Assembly: GCF_001949145.1 (NCBI RefSeq)
Contig: NW_019091355.1
Span: 5,402,517-5,466,516 of the forward strand
Source of the DNA: Acanthaster planci
Taxonomy: Eukaryota
Length of the DNA: 64,000 bases
Direction of reading: 5' to 3'
In this document: positions 52,198 through 64,000 of the stretch, piece after piece
Position numbering within the stretch: position 1 is the stretch's first letter
How the letters are laid out: every line of letters starts with the position of its first letter
The notes under the pieces: model-generated
The model's input: the letters and a program-made list of their open reading frames with translations, nothing else
Database searches by the model: none
Told to the model about the DNA's origin: nothing
Made by a program: the position numbers and the translations under genes

Positions 52198-55100
52198 TAT
52201 TTAGCAGCAGATCAAATCGTCAAAGACCGATGCTAGAGAGTTGTTGATGAAACATTGCCCAACAGTACCTCCCAAAGACAGTCGTGCTGGCCGTACCATT
52301 TGAAACGTGCACCGACAATGTACAATTACTGTATGATTTTCATTTTTAGTGTTACTGGAAGAGTACCACATTTTTCTTCTTAGCCCTAACTGGGTTAAAT
52401 CTTCCTATTTTAATATATTTTTTCACACACCTTTAGGAGTTAGGATGTTTGAGAATTTTAAAGCATTGAACTGACCTAGCCATAATACCGTGTCCACACG
52501 GATGAATAATATATTTCGTCGAGCAAATTGCTTAATATTTGATTACAAGGCGGAACTGTCATTGGGAATAATTATATTAAGCTCTACTGACACACTGTCT
52601 TGTGTGCAAACGTAAGCAAGCTTTTCTATGGAGCTTTGCACATTTCTTACGAAACGGGAGACTTTATAGATCAGATCTGACGTGGTGAAGGAACAATAAT
52701 GGGAATGGTGTATTGACAATAGGGCACCAAGTTAAGTGAAGTTCACAGAAAAGACAAATGGAATGTCAGAAGTTAGTTTACGGCAGAGGGCAAGTCCTGA
52801 CTTGTAGGCTTTGCATGAAAAAAGTTAAAAGGGAAAAGGGCGTCAATTTATCAAAATTGTAAGATAGAGATCGTTTGCTTGACTTTTATTCTGGTGGAAA
52901 CTCGCGAGTACAGTTTTGTGCATTTCTTGTTAACTCAAAAGAAATAGGAATAAAGATAAGGTGGGACGAGATGGTTGTTTTATTAAACAAAGAGTCGGTG
53001 GCAATTGGTTGTCGCTACTATACATCAGAAATTGACAGCGGTAAACAGTACCATCCGAAAGGAAAGGAATTTCTGTTGCTCTCTAACGAGTGTAAACTGT
53101 GCAACCGCTGTGGAAAAACCCTTCCATGCAACTGACGAAAATTCACTCGAGTTGACCACCAGTCGCATGCCCATTTTTCGGACAGACAGTCCTTATCATT
53201 TGTCCAATTTTTTTTTTCTTTCCTTTTTTCCCCAAATTGTTCTCGGGTCCCTTTTGGGTGAAGCGTCCGTCTGTCTCACGCCAGTCAACCGTACCTCACT
53301 GGCTAGCCCTCGGGAAGGGGGGGGGGCAGCCGAACAACACGCCCATTGTGTGCACAAGACAATGGCGCGGAGGGGTACTTGCACTTAAATTTTACCCTCC
53401 TGCCTTTTCCCCGCCATGGCTATACATCATCCTTCTTCTGAATGGACATGTACACAAAGTGGCTCTGCAGAGGGGAAAAAGACGACAAAAGTCAGTGTAC
53501 TTTTCTTGATTGAGGCGATCGTCTCTGTCTTGTATCCGGTCCGTTCTGCTTTCAATTCCCCGACTTGTTTACGTGGGTTGTTTTGGTTGAGTTCCGAACG
53601 TGTGGAAATGTCCATTTTTCATTGCGCGGGACACTGACTCGCCCGCGTTGTGTTCCCGCCTTTTGTATCGTTGATCGAGCTTCGAGTCCCGGTATAATTT
53701 AATGTGACATCACCATCAATCACACAGGAAAGTATAAAAAAAAGAAGATATTGGAAGCTGTGGGGGGAAACCACCACAATGCGATTGCATATTATGTTGT
53801 TAACACACGGTACCGCCAAACTTTAAGCGTTGAATGAAAATGAAACAGAAGATCGGTATGTTTGAATCCCTTGCTCTCTTAGAGAGGTCATTTGCGGTTA
53901 GTCAAACTATGTAGGCAAAAAGTAGTAATAAATTTAGCATTACATGTCATAAAATAGTTACTACAACGTACAGTTGCATTGCTCTTAAGCGATAAACAGT
54001 CGTCAAATTTTGTGCTCTTTATTTCGAGTCAGAGTTTTCTTAGTAACAGTGGTTGTGAGTGGAAAAGCTGTAGCCTAGGCCATGGAGGTAGAATACCTCC
54101 ATGCCTAGGCTAGCTTAGTGTTGCTTTGATTTCTAGTCTCATCGGCCGAGTTCTTGACACGGGTTTCGTGTTCTCGCGCTCGAACGGCGGGAACACGACC
54201 AAAGAATACTGTTCTCGGAACAGGATCACACACACCACCTCCTCGTCAGGGTTTTACAGGAACATGGAAAAGAAGTTATCCTAGTTATCCAACCTTAACT
54301 CTCGAAGAATGTACAAGGACGCTGCCATGTTGCATGTTGCTTGCCACAAATAACTACCAGCGCTAATAACCGGTTGTACATCCCCGGCGTTCGAGCGACC
54401 AACCCACGAACAACAAATCGAGCTGTTCGTGAACAAATGAGAACAAGCTACCCCAACTCAGCCGATATCGAGGCTGTGAAAGAATGTGTATGGAGTTAAC
54501 TGGCTCTGTGTGTAAGTCATTTGCATGCTTGTGAGAGTCGATGTAATAAGCAGTTGCCGATGCCACGGGCCGATTACATGAAGTATCCCCGTCGCGCCTT
54601 ATCGTGTTTCTTCACCAGCGTCTTTCTTCTATTTTGGCTGCCATCTTCTAGGTTTGTGCAGCGCCCTCAACGAGCACTGTAGCAGAGCGGAGACAGTGTT
54701 CATTTCAAACGTTACCTTCACCCCAACCACCGGCCGTTTGGGCTACTCCGGTACCTAGAACTAATCAATTTCCTGCCACCTATTTTTCCCCAGCGCAAAC
54801 CAACCGATTGTGACCGTCACGCCGCGGCGGAGAGCTCAGCCACTAAGTTTAATAACCCCCATGCCATTAACTGGTCCCAGCCGATCATGATTTATGCCTC
54901 AGCTTTTGGGTATTTACGGTCTACCAGAGTGGATTTCCTACCATTTTTATGGCTGTGCCAACCCCAATCCTCCTGATATTTTATCCAGATCCTGGCGTAT
55001 TGACGCGGACCAGGGCCGTGACCCTTATGCGAATCATAGGCGCCACGGTGAGCCAGCATTCCCTTTGAAGAATTATGAAACACTTATAAATTAAACCAAT

Positions 55101-57227
55101 TGACTATCAACATGCACCGCGTTTATGTATGCGGCAAACGAGAACCAGATCTCTTCTGCCATGATCGATTTCTGCTTGTAGGTTAGTGTACATGTACGTC
55201 TCTTTTTCTCACAGACGAGAGACTGAGTTTCGTTCTCGTAAAATCAAAATGCGTTTAGGTTTTCCCAAGACCGAGGCCATTTTGTAAAACGTGGTTTTGG
55301 TTTGTCAGCGGCTACATAGCCACTTTGAGGCCTTTCACGTCATGGGAAGTCGTAGCGTCGATGTGGCCAAACATGGCGCTCATATTGACCATATCACCCC
55401 TATTTTTGCAAGCTGCAGACTAAATACATGTAACCGGAACCAAAGGTTCGAGTAAATAACTCCTGTTTCTTCGACGGTATCGAGCTTGACAAGATTTCCA
55501 CGAATGCACGTGGCATGACGTCAGCATCCGGTTGTGAGCGGTCAACTTTAATTGTCTGGACTGGGAGCCCGGCCTTTTCAAGAATGTTGATAGTGTTCAA
55601 TAGCACATGGGTTTGAGTTTGATCTTTTTTCGTGGAAATGGTTGTTAATTATATGTAGGAGTTTTTTTATGAGATCGTGTCCGACTTTGCGTGAACTGTC
55701 CGTGTTTTAGTTTTGCTAATTAGTCGTTATGGTTTGTAGAAACCTTGATTCGAATGGGCTAGGACGCGAAACGACCGAGCCATTCAAATCAAGGAGTCTC
55801 CACCTTTGAATGTTTCTCCGACTTAAATCACACCAAAGAACATTCAAAACGGCGTTTCTCATTGTGTATGATTTTGTAATGATGTAACGTCGGAATTACA
55901 ATTTTTGTGTCTTTTAAGTCACTTTTATCCGTCTCAGTTTTTTTAAGCATTTACAGTTACTATAAACGTTCAGTCTTTTTCACACTAAACGACTTTCCTG
56001 AATAGAGTGGTTTAACCGACGGAACGGTTAGTGGGATCAATACGCCCTCCTGCTGTCGAGCTGGGTGAATTATAGGTTATGTTGGTATGCACATGCAGTT
56101 TGGAAGTTGACGTTGGTTTTCTATTTGAGGTATGAACTTTGAAGAATCACATGTGCTTGTTGACTCGGAAACTACAGTCATTTTCTGTTGATTCCTTGAT
56201 TTTCATGGAATCTAAAGCAACTGCATTGGTAGTTATTATTGTACTGTCCCTCAAAGGTACTTCAAGGATTTCTATACTTGTAAATGAAAGGTTTCGTTCC
56301 AAACATTCTGTTTGTTTTTCCAGACCATAAATTTCTGAACAACCAATTTTTCAGCTATTGTCCTGCTGTGTTTCACTTTCAGGAATGGACTGTGCACGCG
56401 TTTGGTTATTTACGCGGCTGGATGCGAAGAAGCGAAACATGTTTGCATATTTTCTCGCTAGACAATCGTCGCTCGTGAATAGGTTGACATTCCTCGGCAT
56501 CATTTGGGTATGACGCGAACAAGCGTCAATTTCGTGGAGTTTGATGCCCTAGAGGATCGTTTGAGTGTCGCCGCATTTTAATAACCGCAGGGACCTCTAT
56601 TGCTTTGTATAGTTTGCCTTGCCAAATACGGTAACTAATTGTCTCTCGTTCGTCCGGTCGCGGCTGTTCTGCTGAGCGAAAACGCCGGAACAATCCATTG
56701 TTAATTTCTTGTCTTTGTTCAGCAAACAAGATCCGCATACTTTGAAGTCCACGCATGTAAGCCTTCAAGAACCTGTTGCTTGTTTTGCATGTTCAAGTTC
56801 ACCGACCAATCAACAGTCTGCTGCCAACAACCGGTTAGGAAGTTCTCCACTTGCTGTTTGAACTGTATCAAACCCCTGCCCTCTCCGTCATTTCCGTCCT
56901 GTAACACGACACCACGCCCTCATCTTTCGCCTTTAATAACGTTGGGGGAAATGCCCCTCATTGCCAAGGGGACCATTCCAGATTTATTGATTTCCGCTTC
57001 TGATCTTTCATTAAAGTCTTGCCTACTCAGACTTTCCCTGCCAAAGCCATATCCACGCTTCGAAAGAGTAATGCCGTATATACTTTTCACAGGACTGAGA
57101 TGCATAAAATATCCTTCCGTCGAGCTAGGATGAGAAACAATTGAAGCCTTGAGGGTGGCAAGATGGATTATAGGGTCGTTGGAAGGAAGTGGTGCCATTC
57201 AATTTCCTTCGCCCTAATTGGGTGGCT

Positions 57228-57466
57228 ATAGTCCTTTTTCACTCACGTGACTAAATGTAAACAATATCACTACGTGTGGACTGTCTTGACCACAGTGATC
57301 GCGTACTCCTACGGGCAGCTTCTAACACGTACAAGCGCACGCGCGAACGCTGCATGCTTGACTAGTTTATCTTGAACAGGTAGAGTACCATCACAACACT
57401 ATGCACTCACTACCATCGCAACACATAGGTCCAGCACGATTGTGACATCACAGGAAAATGGTCTAT
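57228..57466. mobile_element. Possible MITE (atagtcctttttc / gaaaatggtctat ends)
   Basis: Imperfect inverted termini only. Confidence 0.4.
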
Positions 57467-60400
57467 TGGGTGTGCCAAAAGGTGCATCTCAGTGTTCAAC
57501 GTTTTAGGGAAGGGCTGTACTTACGTCCAATTCTGATGTTCCAATGCGTGTTTAATCTGTTCAGGGGGATGTTTTTTGTTTGATCTAGGGAAGAATGACA
57601 AGTTTCCTCCCCCAAACGACTTCTTCCATCAGTCTCTGCTACCTCCACGCTTCTACATGCGACTGCAGGCGCTTTATCGGTAAATATTCTTGATACCGAC
57701 TTACTTCTTGAGGGCGCCCTGTTCACGCACTGTACCGCCACGTAAGTCTGGCCAAACAAAACCCGTGTTTCCGTGTGACTATTGTGAGTCATTGTGTTGT
57801 CACAGAAAACAGGTTGTGTGGCAGATAAGTATTGTCTTATTAGTCACGAGTTAATGATGAGAAAAGCAATCTTCACCTATGACCGTGTTCTGCTAATTGT
57901 GTAACCTGAAAGAGTGGTTGAGATTGGATCAGCATGCGATTCGTATCGCGATACAATGTGGTTTAAACATCTGCCGTATTTTTAACTGAAGCAAAGTAAT
58001 GAATGAATGAAAATTATGTCCTTCAACCTGAGCTTGTATTTTGCCAGAAGCGTTTTCATCCCTCAGAATGTCAGTGACCTGATATACAAATCGCAGAAAA
58101 CTCAGGGACGTCGTGTAACTTGTTTTTTGTTTAGTGAGCAGGAATGATAGTACGTATAACTGCACGGTTTTCCTCAACATGAAAGTTCATCGAGGAATAA
58201 GAAAGTGCGAGTTTCTGTCCTGACACGAAGCTCGGGTCATGACTGGGTCTGGTTTCGAAATGAACCTGTTCAGTTCTTCTGGAAAACAGATGGTAAGGTT
58301 GAAGAAAGCATCACATGTAAGAAGCAGCCTGTTTAGGCCTACTGCAGAAGCGATTTCGCATACAGCGAAGTTCCATAAAAGCGCGCCTCAACATCAAAAT
58401 GCGCCTCGAAATGCACCTAAAATATCGATTAGCGGCAGTCTGCACGGTGTGCTCATACAGGGAACACGCAAACAGGCGATTAGTTATAGACGGTAGGGTC
58501 TCCCGGCGCGATTTATCTGATCGTGAAATACGACTTGTACATCCGCGCTGGCAGTCGTTCAGATGGGGGGGGGGTCAATTTATCATTATTAACGACAATT
58601 CATAATGCATTGATATCGGAGGCTCGCGATATGATCGGGCCATTTAGAGGCTCATTAGTGGCCTTTGATGTTGTGGGATCATGTGGCCGTCGACGTGGTT
58701 TATCTTGTCCAAATGGGTTGTTGTGGCATAAACGAGAAAGCATTAAGCAGAAATGCTGGGGAAAAGAAAGCTCGCTCATCACACAGCGACAGAGTAATAA
58801 GCGTTTCCGAAGCACCGAACTCATTTGGGGGTTCATGTGGAATGGACATGTAGTATAATAAAGGCTGTCTTCAGCCCGTCACTCTGAGAAATATTGCCTC
58901 ATACTCAGCAAAAGGAGCGAGTTTGACAAGAGAGAAAAATAAATGATTTGAACAGAGTTTTATTTGGGCCAACCGATGTTTATGGGAGTTTAAGGATATT
59001 TCCTTTCACTGCTGATGGCATAAACCTTGACCGCGGTACAGCTTAGAAGGCTCCAGTGTGACGTCCTGTTTACGTTTTAATAACTTAAAATTTGAACATT
59101 TGAAACTTAAGCAGATCCCGTGAACAATTTTGAGTACCATTTTCTATGAGTAACAAACATGTAGCGTTTCCCGAGCAACGAGCTTTGCTTTTTGTGCGAA
59201 ATCTCCTACCCTGCCCTCTGAATGGTACAGGATCACTGGTATTGCAATCGATTTACCGATCCTATCATCCTCACCATCTTGGCGGGTACCTTTCCCGGTT
59301 TACTTCGGCAAGGGGGGGTTGAACGCTACCCTTGAGACCATTATTCGCAGATCTTTCAGTTGAACCTCGCTCTTCTTGTCAACACCTTCCTGTGAAGTCT
59401 GGTGTGGATTTTTACTTTGGTGATCAACGTGGGACCGCAAAGCTGCCTAGCCTATTTTTGCCTCGCTGAGAGAGCCCGTGTATGCCCAATTGTTCACAAT
59501 AGTCCGGATTCTTTCTTATCGAGGACTGTTTAATATCCAGTTTTATCCGCTACTTACGTCTGGCGATATTGTATCAAGAAACAATTGGCTTGTTTTCGTG
59601 ACCTTTGACCCCACCCGCAAGCACGCCGCCGGCACACATCATCATCACCATCATCATCAGCGGGTCATCGTACAAGCAAGAGATCCCGCCAAACCGACAG
59701 GCCATCGGGATGATAAATGATGGATGAATTATTGGTGCGTGGTGTTTTCAATCATCCCCGGGTACTTTAACCGTACATTCATCATGCGCCACGTCAACCT
59801 CCACCCATTACGCAAAGCGAAAAAATAACCGGGAGTTGACTAATGACGGAGCTTGTACATCATTAGCATATCTCTGCCCGCTCGCCAGATCGAGGATATT
59901 CAAATTAGGCCGGATAGCGGCACCCTTTGCGCGGCCCTGAAATATTTGTTTTATGGCCTTTGAGGCGCGGGGCCGATGTTTAATTAATGATAATTTACGA
60001 GTTGCAGTTGTCGGTCGAATGCCAATTCTCCACCAACACCGGGAAGATTTGTCATCCTCCCGGCAAACAATACTGCAAGAAAATACGGGTGCGGGTTTCC
60101 AGCAGGTTCTCGCGGTCCGTCCCCACCTCCCCTCTCTAGCTCCCGGAGTGATGCAAGTATTCCTCGCCGGCTTCTATTATCTATAGAGTGAATATGGACA
60201 TTACAATTTATGATGGCGCCACCGTGACCAGAACATATAAATTTTATTTCATACGCTGGCGCTCCGGGTCTAGTCATCTTTACGACTCGCCGCGCAGATT
60301 TAATGCTTAATGTTCGGAGGAACGACATACACCGCTAAGAAATATTTCCCCCTATTGCAATTTATAATAGAGACTGGGAGACGGGGTTGGCATGTCACGT

Positions 60401-63122
60401 TCGAGGGAGCTCCATGTCCCAACCTATGTTACTTTTGCGTTAGCAAGTGTTTAAATCTTAGCGTAAATATCATTATCATTCTTGGGATATATCGTGTCCG
60501 AGTTCAAAGTTTTTGTACCGCGGACAGAACTGAGCACCAAACTGAAACAGGAAGCGGTGCGACGTGAGTCGACCTGACAAGACAGCGTAATGTACTGGCG
60601 GACGCTATACAGAAAGAAAAATGTCAAAGCGGTTCAAAATTCAGCGCCAGAAAATTGGTATTAATCCTTATAAGAAGGCTGGGCCTTGTTTACGTGATTT
60701 CCTAGACAAATTTGGAATTTGATCGTTTGTATCTATAACAAGTAAACATTTACGAGATAAAGCTCTACGGGGGGATAATATGGAAGTGTTCTTTTTCACA
60801 TAAATAACATATACCATTAGTAATACCTCAAATTGAAAAAAATACGAGACAATGTTGATCTTTGACCGATACACATCTGTCTGAACGTCAGACTATTTTC
60901 TTCCCAGACTAATTCAATGACCTATTAAGTGGTTACAATTGTGTAATTAAATGAAATTAATTTGAAAGAACTTTTGGATGATCGGATGACGATGTTTCAT
61001 TTTTCAGTACAAATCAGTCTGGAACAAATTGGACATTTACAAAAATAGTGTTGATGAATTGGTCGAGACGTCCTCTATTTCACGTTTTTCTTTTTTTCTT
61101 TTTTAATTTTAACTCCGGTGTCCGTTCATGTTGAACTTTGTGAGGGTGTCCATATCACACGATATATAACAAAAGTCCAGAATGTAAAAAATGAAATCGA
61201 TGTCGGTCAAGTATTCCTCTTTTGTATATGGTCGACAGTGTACACTGTACTTTGAATCAGTGCACGAATTGGTCACCAGACGAATATGAGCCTCGCTTTC
61301 ATCCTCACTGACCTCAGTGCACAACAGAATTCATGAAAGTTGCACAATGACAAGGAAGGTTCGGTATACTACTCTTTGCCCTCCTGGAGGATAGCATTCA
61401 CGTCTGAATGACCAGACCACACACACTCACAGGTTGCCGTTGGTCCCTCCGCTTAGCCGACATGTTCGGATCATGTGCGTCCACCCTGCTGCTGCACCGC
61501 GCTGTCTACCATCCAACAACATGCTGCCCCGTATGATTTATGGACCTTATATATTTCAGATTTTATGGTGTCGGGAGAAGCCGTAAAGGTTTGTTGTGAG
61601 ACCGACCCGTGGAATTGTATTCGAGCAATTGCACGGCCATAAAAAGTTCCAAAATGTGTCGGATACTGGCTCCAACACATGGCGTAGAGATATGGATGTG
61701 GGATACTGGTTCTAACGACCGACCAAAAAGATCTCAATCTTGGTCATAAACTTTGTGTAGACACATTATACCGTACAAACGTGTACAGGGTGTGGGTGCC
61801 CAGTGCGCGCTTTTTGATCGAGGTCGGGCAACGTCGTTCCCTTGGCCTACTTCTGGTGCGCTATCGCAGTCACAAAAAAATGAGAGTTTTTATCGTGTAT
61901 TTGGAAATTTGATGTTTTTGTTTCGACGCTTATTGGGGTCATTTTTAAAATCTTAGACTACTTGGTAGATTGTCCAAACATTTGTTGATGAGGTGTGTGT
62001 GTGGGTGGGTGTGCAGGCGTTGCTTACACAGTGTGGACCTCTGCACAAAAGAAGTCCATATAATGTATATGCAGGGTATGCTGGCATTGTGTAGACTCGA
62101 ACACGTCCACACAATGTTTTCCCCTCACTGAAAAACAGTTTCAGAGGCATTTTCGGGTCAAGGTTAACCGTGGCAAAATGAAAAGGAACAGTCCAGGAAA
62201 TCATCGTCAAAAATCCAGCCCGATCCTAAGTGGAGAAAAAGGAGCATTTTCCTCAAGTTTCCTTAATCACGGGAGGGAAAAGGAATATCCACACTTTGTG
62301 TGTAAAAAAGTGTGGGTGGGTGTGCTTGGGGGAGGGGGCCGCCGTGAGTCGTTGAATTGTTTTATTTTTTGTAATCAGTTATGATTCTCCTGTAGTCGTT
62401 CTAGCGCTTTGAAATCATTTAGCGCGATATCTTTTTGTGCAGGAAAATAATCTGATAATTGAAGTATAGGCCCTCTCCACCGGTAGCCCATAACAGTCCC
62501 CAATCCTCCGATTTCAATATGATTTCACATACACCCTAGGGCGTTAGGGTTAATTAATGGTATGTCGGTCTGCTGCTAGTGAGCGCTTTTCCCGAACCAA
62601 CCCCACCCCACCCCCCAAAAAAAACAACAAAAACAACTTGGCGACGCCCATAATTTTTTAATCTATTTTCTACTAGCTCCCCCAAAATAAATAGCTGAAA
62701 GCACAGAACACCATTTACGAATTCTGTTTGGAAAATAAAACGTCGTTTAGCCGATTCCGAGATAACCGTCAGTGGAATATGAAATTAAGGGCCAATCAAC
62801 ATATTTCTTGAAATATCACCAAGACCTCTAGTCTACATTATGTTTGGAATTGTGTGTTTAGTTCTTGGCTTTTATATTTATTTTGGAAAAAAATAATGCC
62901 AAGAGTGTATCAATAAAAACGATTAATAAAACGGTGCGGCACATCTCTTGAACCAGTTTATTTTTCTCACGGGTATCACAGAATAACATCTGGATGCTTT
63001 GAACATTCTGGAACAACTAGAGCGGTCTTAACCAACGATATGGCAGTTTATTTATTGGGGATATAACATTTAATGGTGAGTTTTTTCATTGGTGTCCAAA
63101 TGCCACAACACGTGTCCCAATG

Positions 63123-63284
63123 CGGGCGATTCCAAATCGCCAAGAGTTCGCAACGCGTTGGCCAATCACAACGCACGAAATCTGTCGAGCCTTTCCAAAC
63201 GCGCATTGGGTCGACAGATTTCGCGCGTTGTGATCGGCCAAACGCGTTGCAAACTCTTGGAGGCGCGCTATCGTGAATCGCCTG
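63123..63284. mobile_element. Palindromic Tc1/mariner-type MITE, copy 2
   Basis: Near-identical core to 52030-52197; ends GCCTG|TA. Confidence 0.85.
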
Positions 63285-63685
63285 TATTTTTACAGAATGA
63301 TCCAATTCGGAATATTGGCCTAAATCTTCATCACCACTTCCCCTGTTTTTCAGCTTTTTTGTTTTTCATTCAGTTTTGGCTGGAACTTATGGATGGGTGT
63401 TACTGTTTCATTGCGACTTTTTAAAAGGATCACTTTAGTCTAAGTAACCAAAGTGCTTCATTAAGACTTGGCCCTAAACTTTTTTTTCCACTCAGGGCCT
63501 TTATTCTAGTTTCGTTTCTCTTGCATGTTACATGAAATCAAGAAAAGAAAACATAGAAGTAGTCAATTTATATTAGTTAATTAAACAGCAAGGAGAAAGG
63601 GTTCCATCTAGTGTTAAATTTAACAGAATTTCCATTGGTGGTAAAAATAAATTTTTCCAAGGCATAATATCTTTTTAAATCGTCT

Positions 63686-64000
63686 CTAAACAATACAAAA
63701 TAAGGTAAGCCCCTCATTCATTATCATTTTATAGACATGAAAGCGGCCATGCAAAAGAATTGAATTAAGTACACTCCTGGAATTATAAGTAGTTGCGAAA
63801 AGGATAGTTTTGTTATCCAATTGCATCTGAATGTTCAACGTATTTTTCAGCCAATCACTGATAAGGTTCCAAAACAAAGTGGAGACCTCGCAAGTACAAA
63901 AGAGATGTAACAAAGTTTCACTCTCAGCTTGACCAAAAGAACACAAGTCGTTATCCCTTTTACCAACTTTCAGCAAATACAATATTTGACTTAGCCCTAA
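63686..64000 (-). mobile_element. 3' end of a non-LTR retrotransposon ORF2 (L1/Tx1-like zf-RVT zinc-binding region), continuing past the window edge
   Basis: DLCSFGQAESETLLHLFCTC...FW matches the CxxC-x-ETxxHLFxxC motif, with the second Cys mutated to Gly. Confidence 0.85.

Noticed and set aside
56526..57198. Three adjacent minus-strand ORFs as a frameshifted gene
   Set aside because: No recognisable domain; cannot be supported without a database search.
59478..59720. Poly-His ORF as a homeobox gene exon
   Set aside because: No ATG start, hexapeptide or homeodomain; the frame closes quickly and the His run is a CAT/CAC repeat.
50600..63300. Hox-cluster microRNAs (miR-10, miR-993, miR-196, iab-4)
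   Set aside because: Looked for the mature sequences by eye and found no convincing match.

Overview
Eukaryotic, AT-rich, intron-containing DNA, most consistent with an invertebrate animal (an inference; species not determinable), with one assembly gap at 34317-34400. Two intact spliced genes can be rebuilt exon by exon with consistent GT-AG sites and phases. One is a vitamin K-dependent gamma-glutamyl carboxylase (GGCX; minus strand, 15 coding exons, 12838-33003, 748 aa, ending in DDEL). The other, head-to-head with it, is a 90-aa anaphase-promoting complex subunit 16 (ANAPC16; plus strand, 3 exons, 40330-50063). Introns hold many non-autonomous DNA transposons (hAT-, piggyBac-, Mutator-, PIF/Harbinger- and Tc1/mariner-like ends), tRNA-derived SINEs, minisatellites and a decayed Crypton/DUF3504 tyrosine-recombinase-type gene. 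A LINE zf-RVT fragment runs off the right edge. From about 50.6 kb the sequence becomes visibly CpG-rich, lacks recognisable genes and carries many Hox/Pbx-type motifs, suggesting the regulatory domain of a developmental gene outside the window. TA-flanked palindromes (TACATGTA, TACCGGTA, TAGGCCTA) are pervasive and may be transposon excision footprints. No CRISPR, rRNA or intact tRNA was seen, and most ORFs in the supplied track look spurious.
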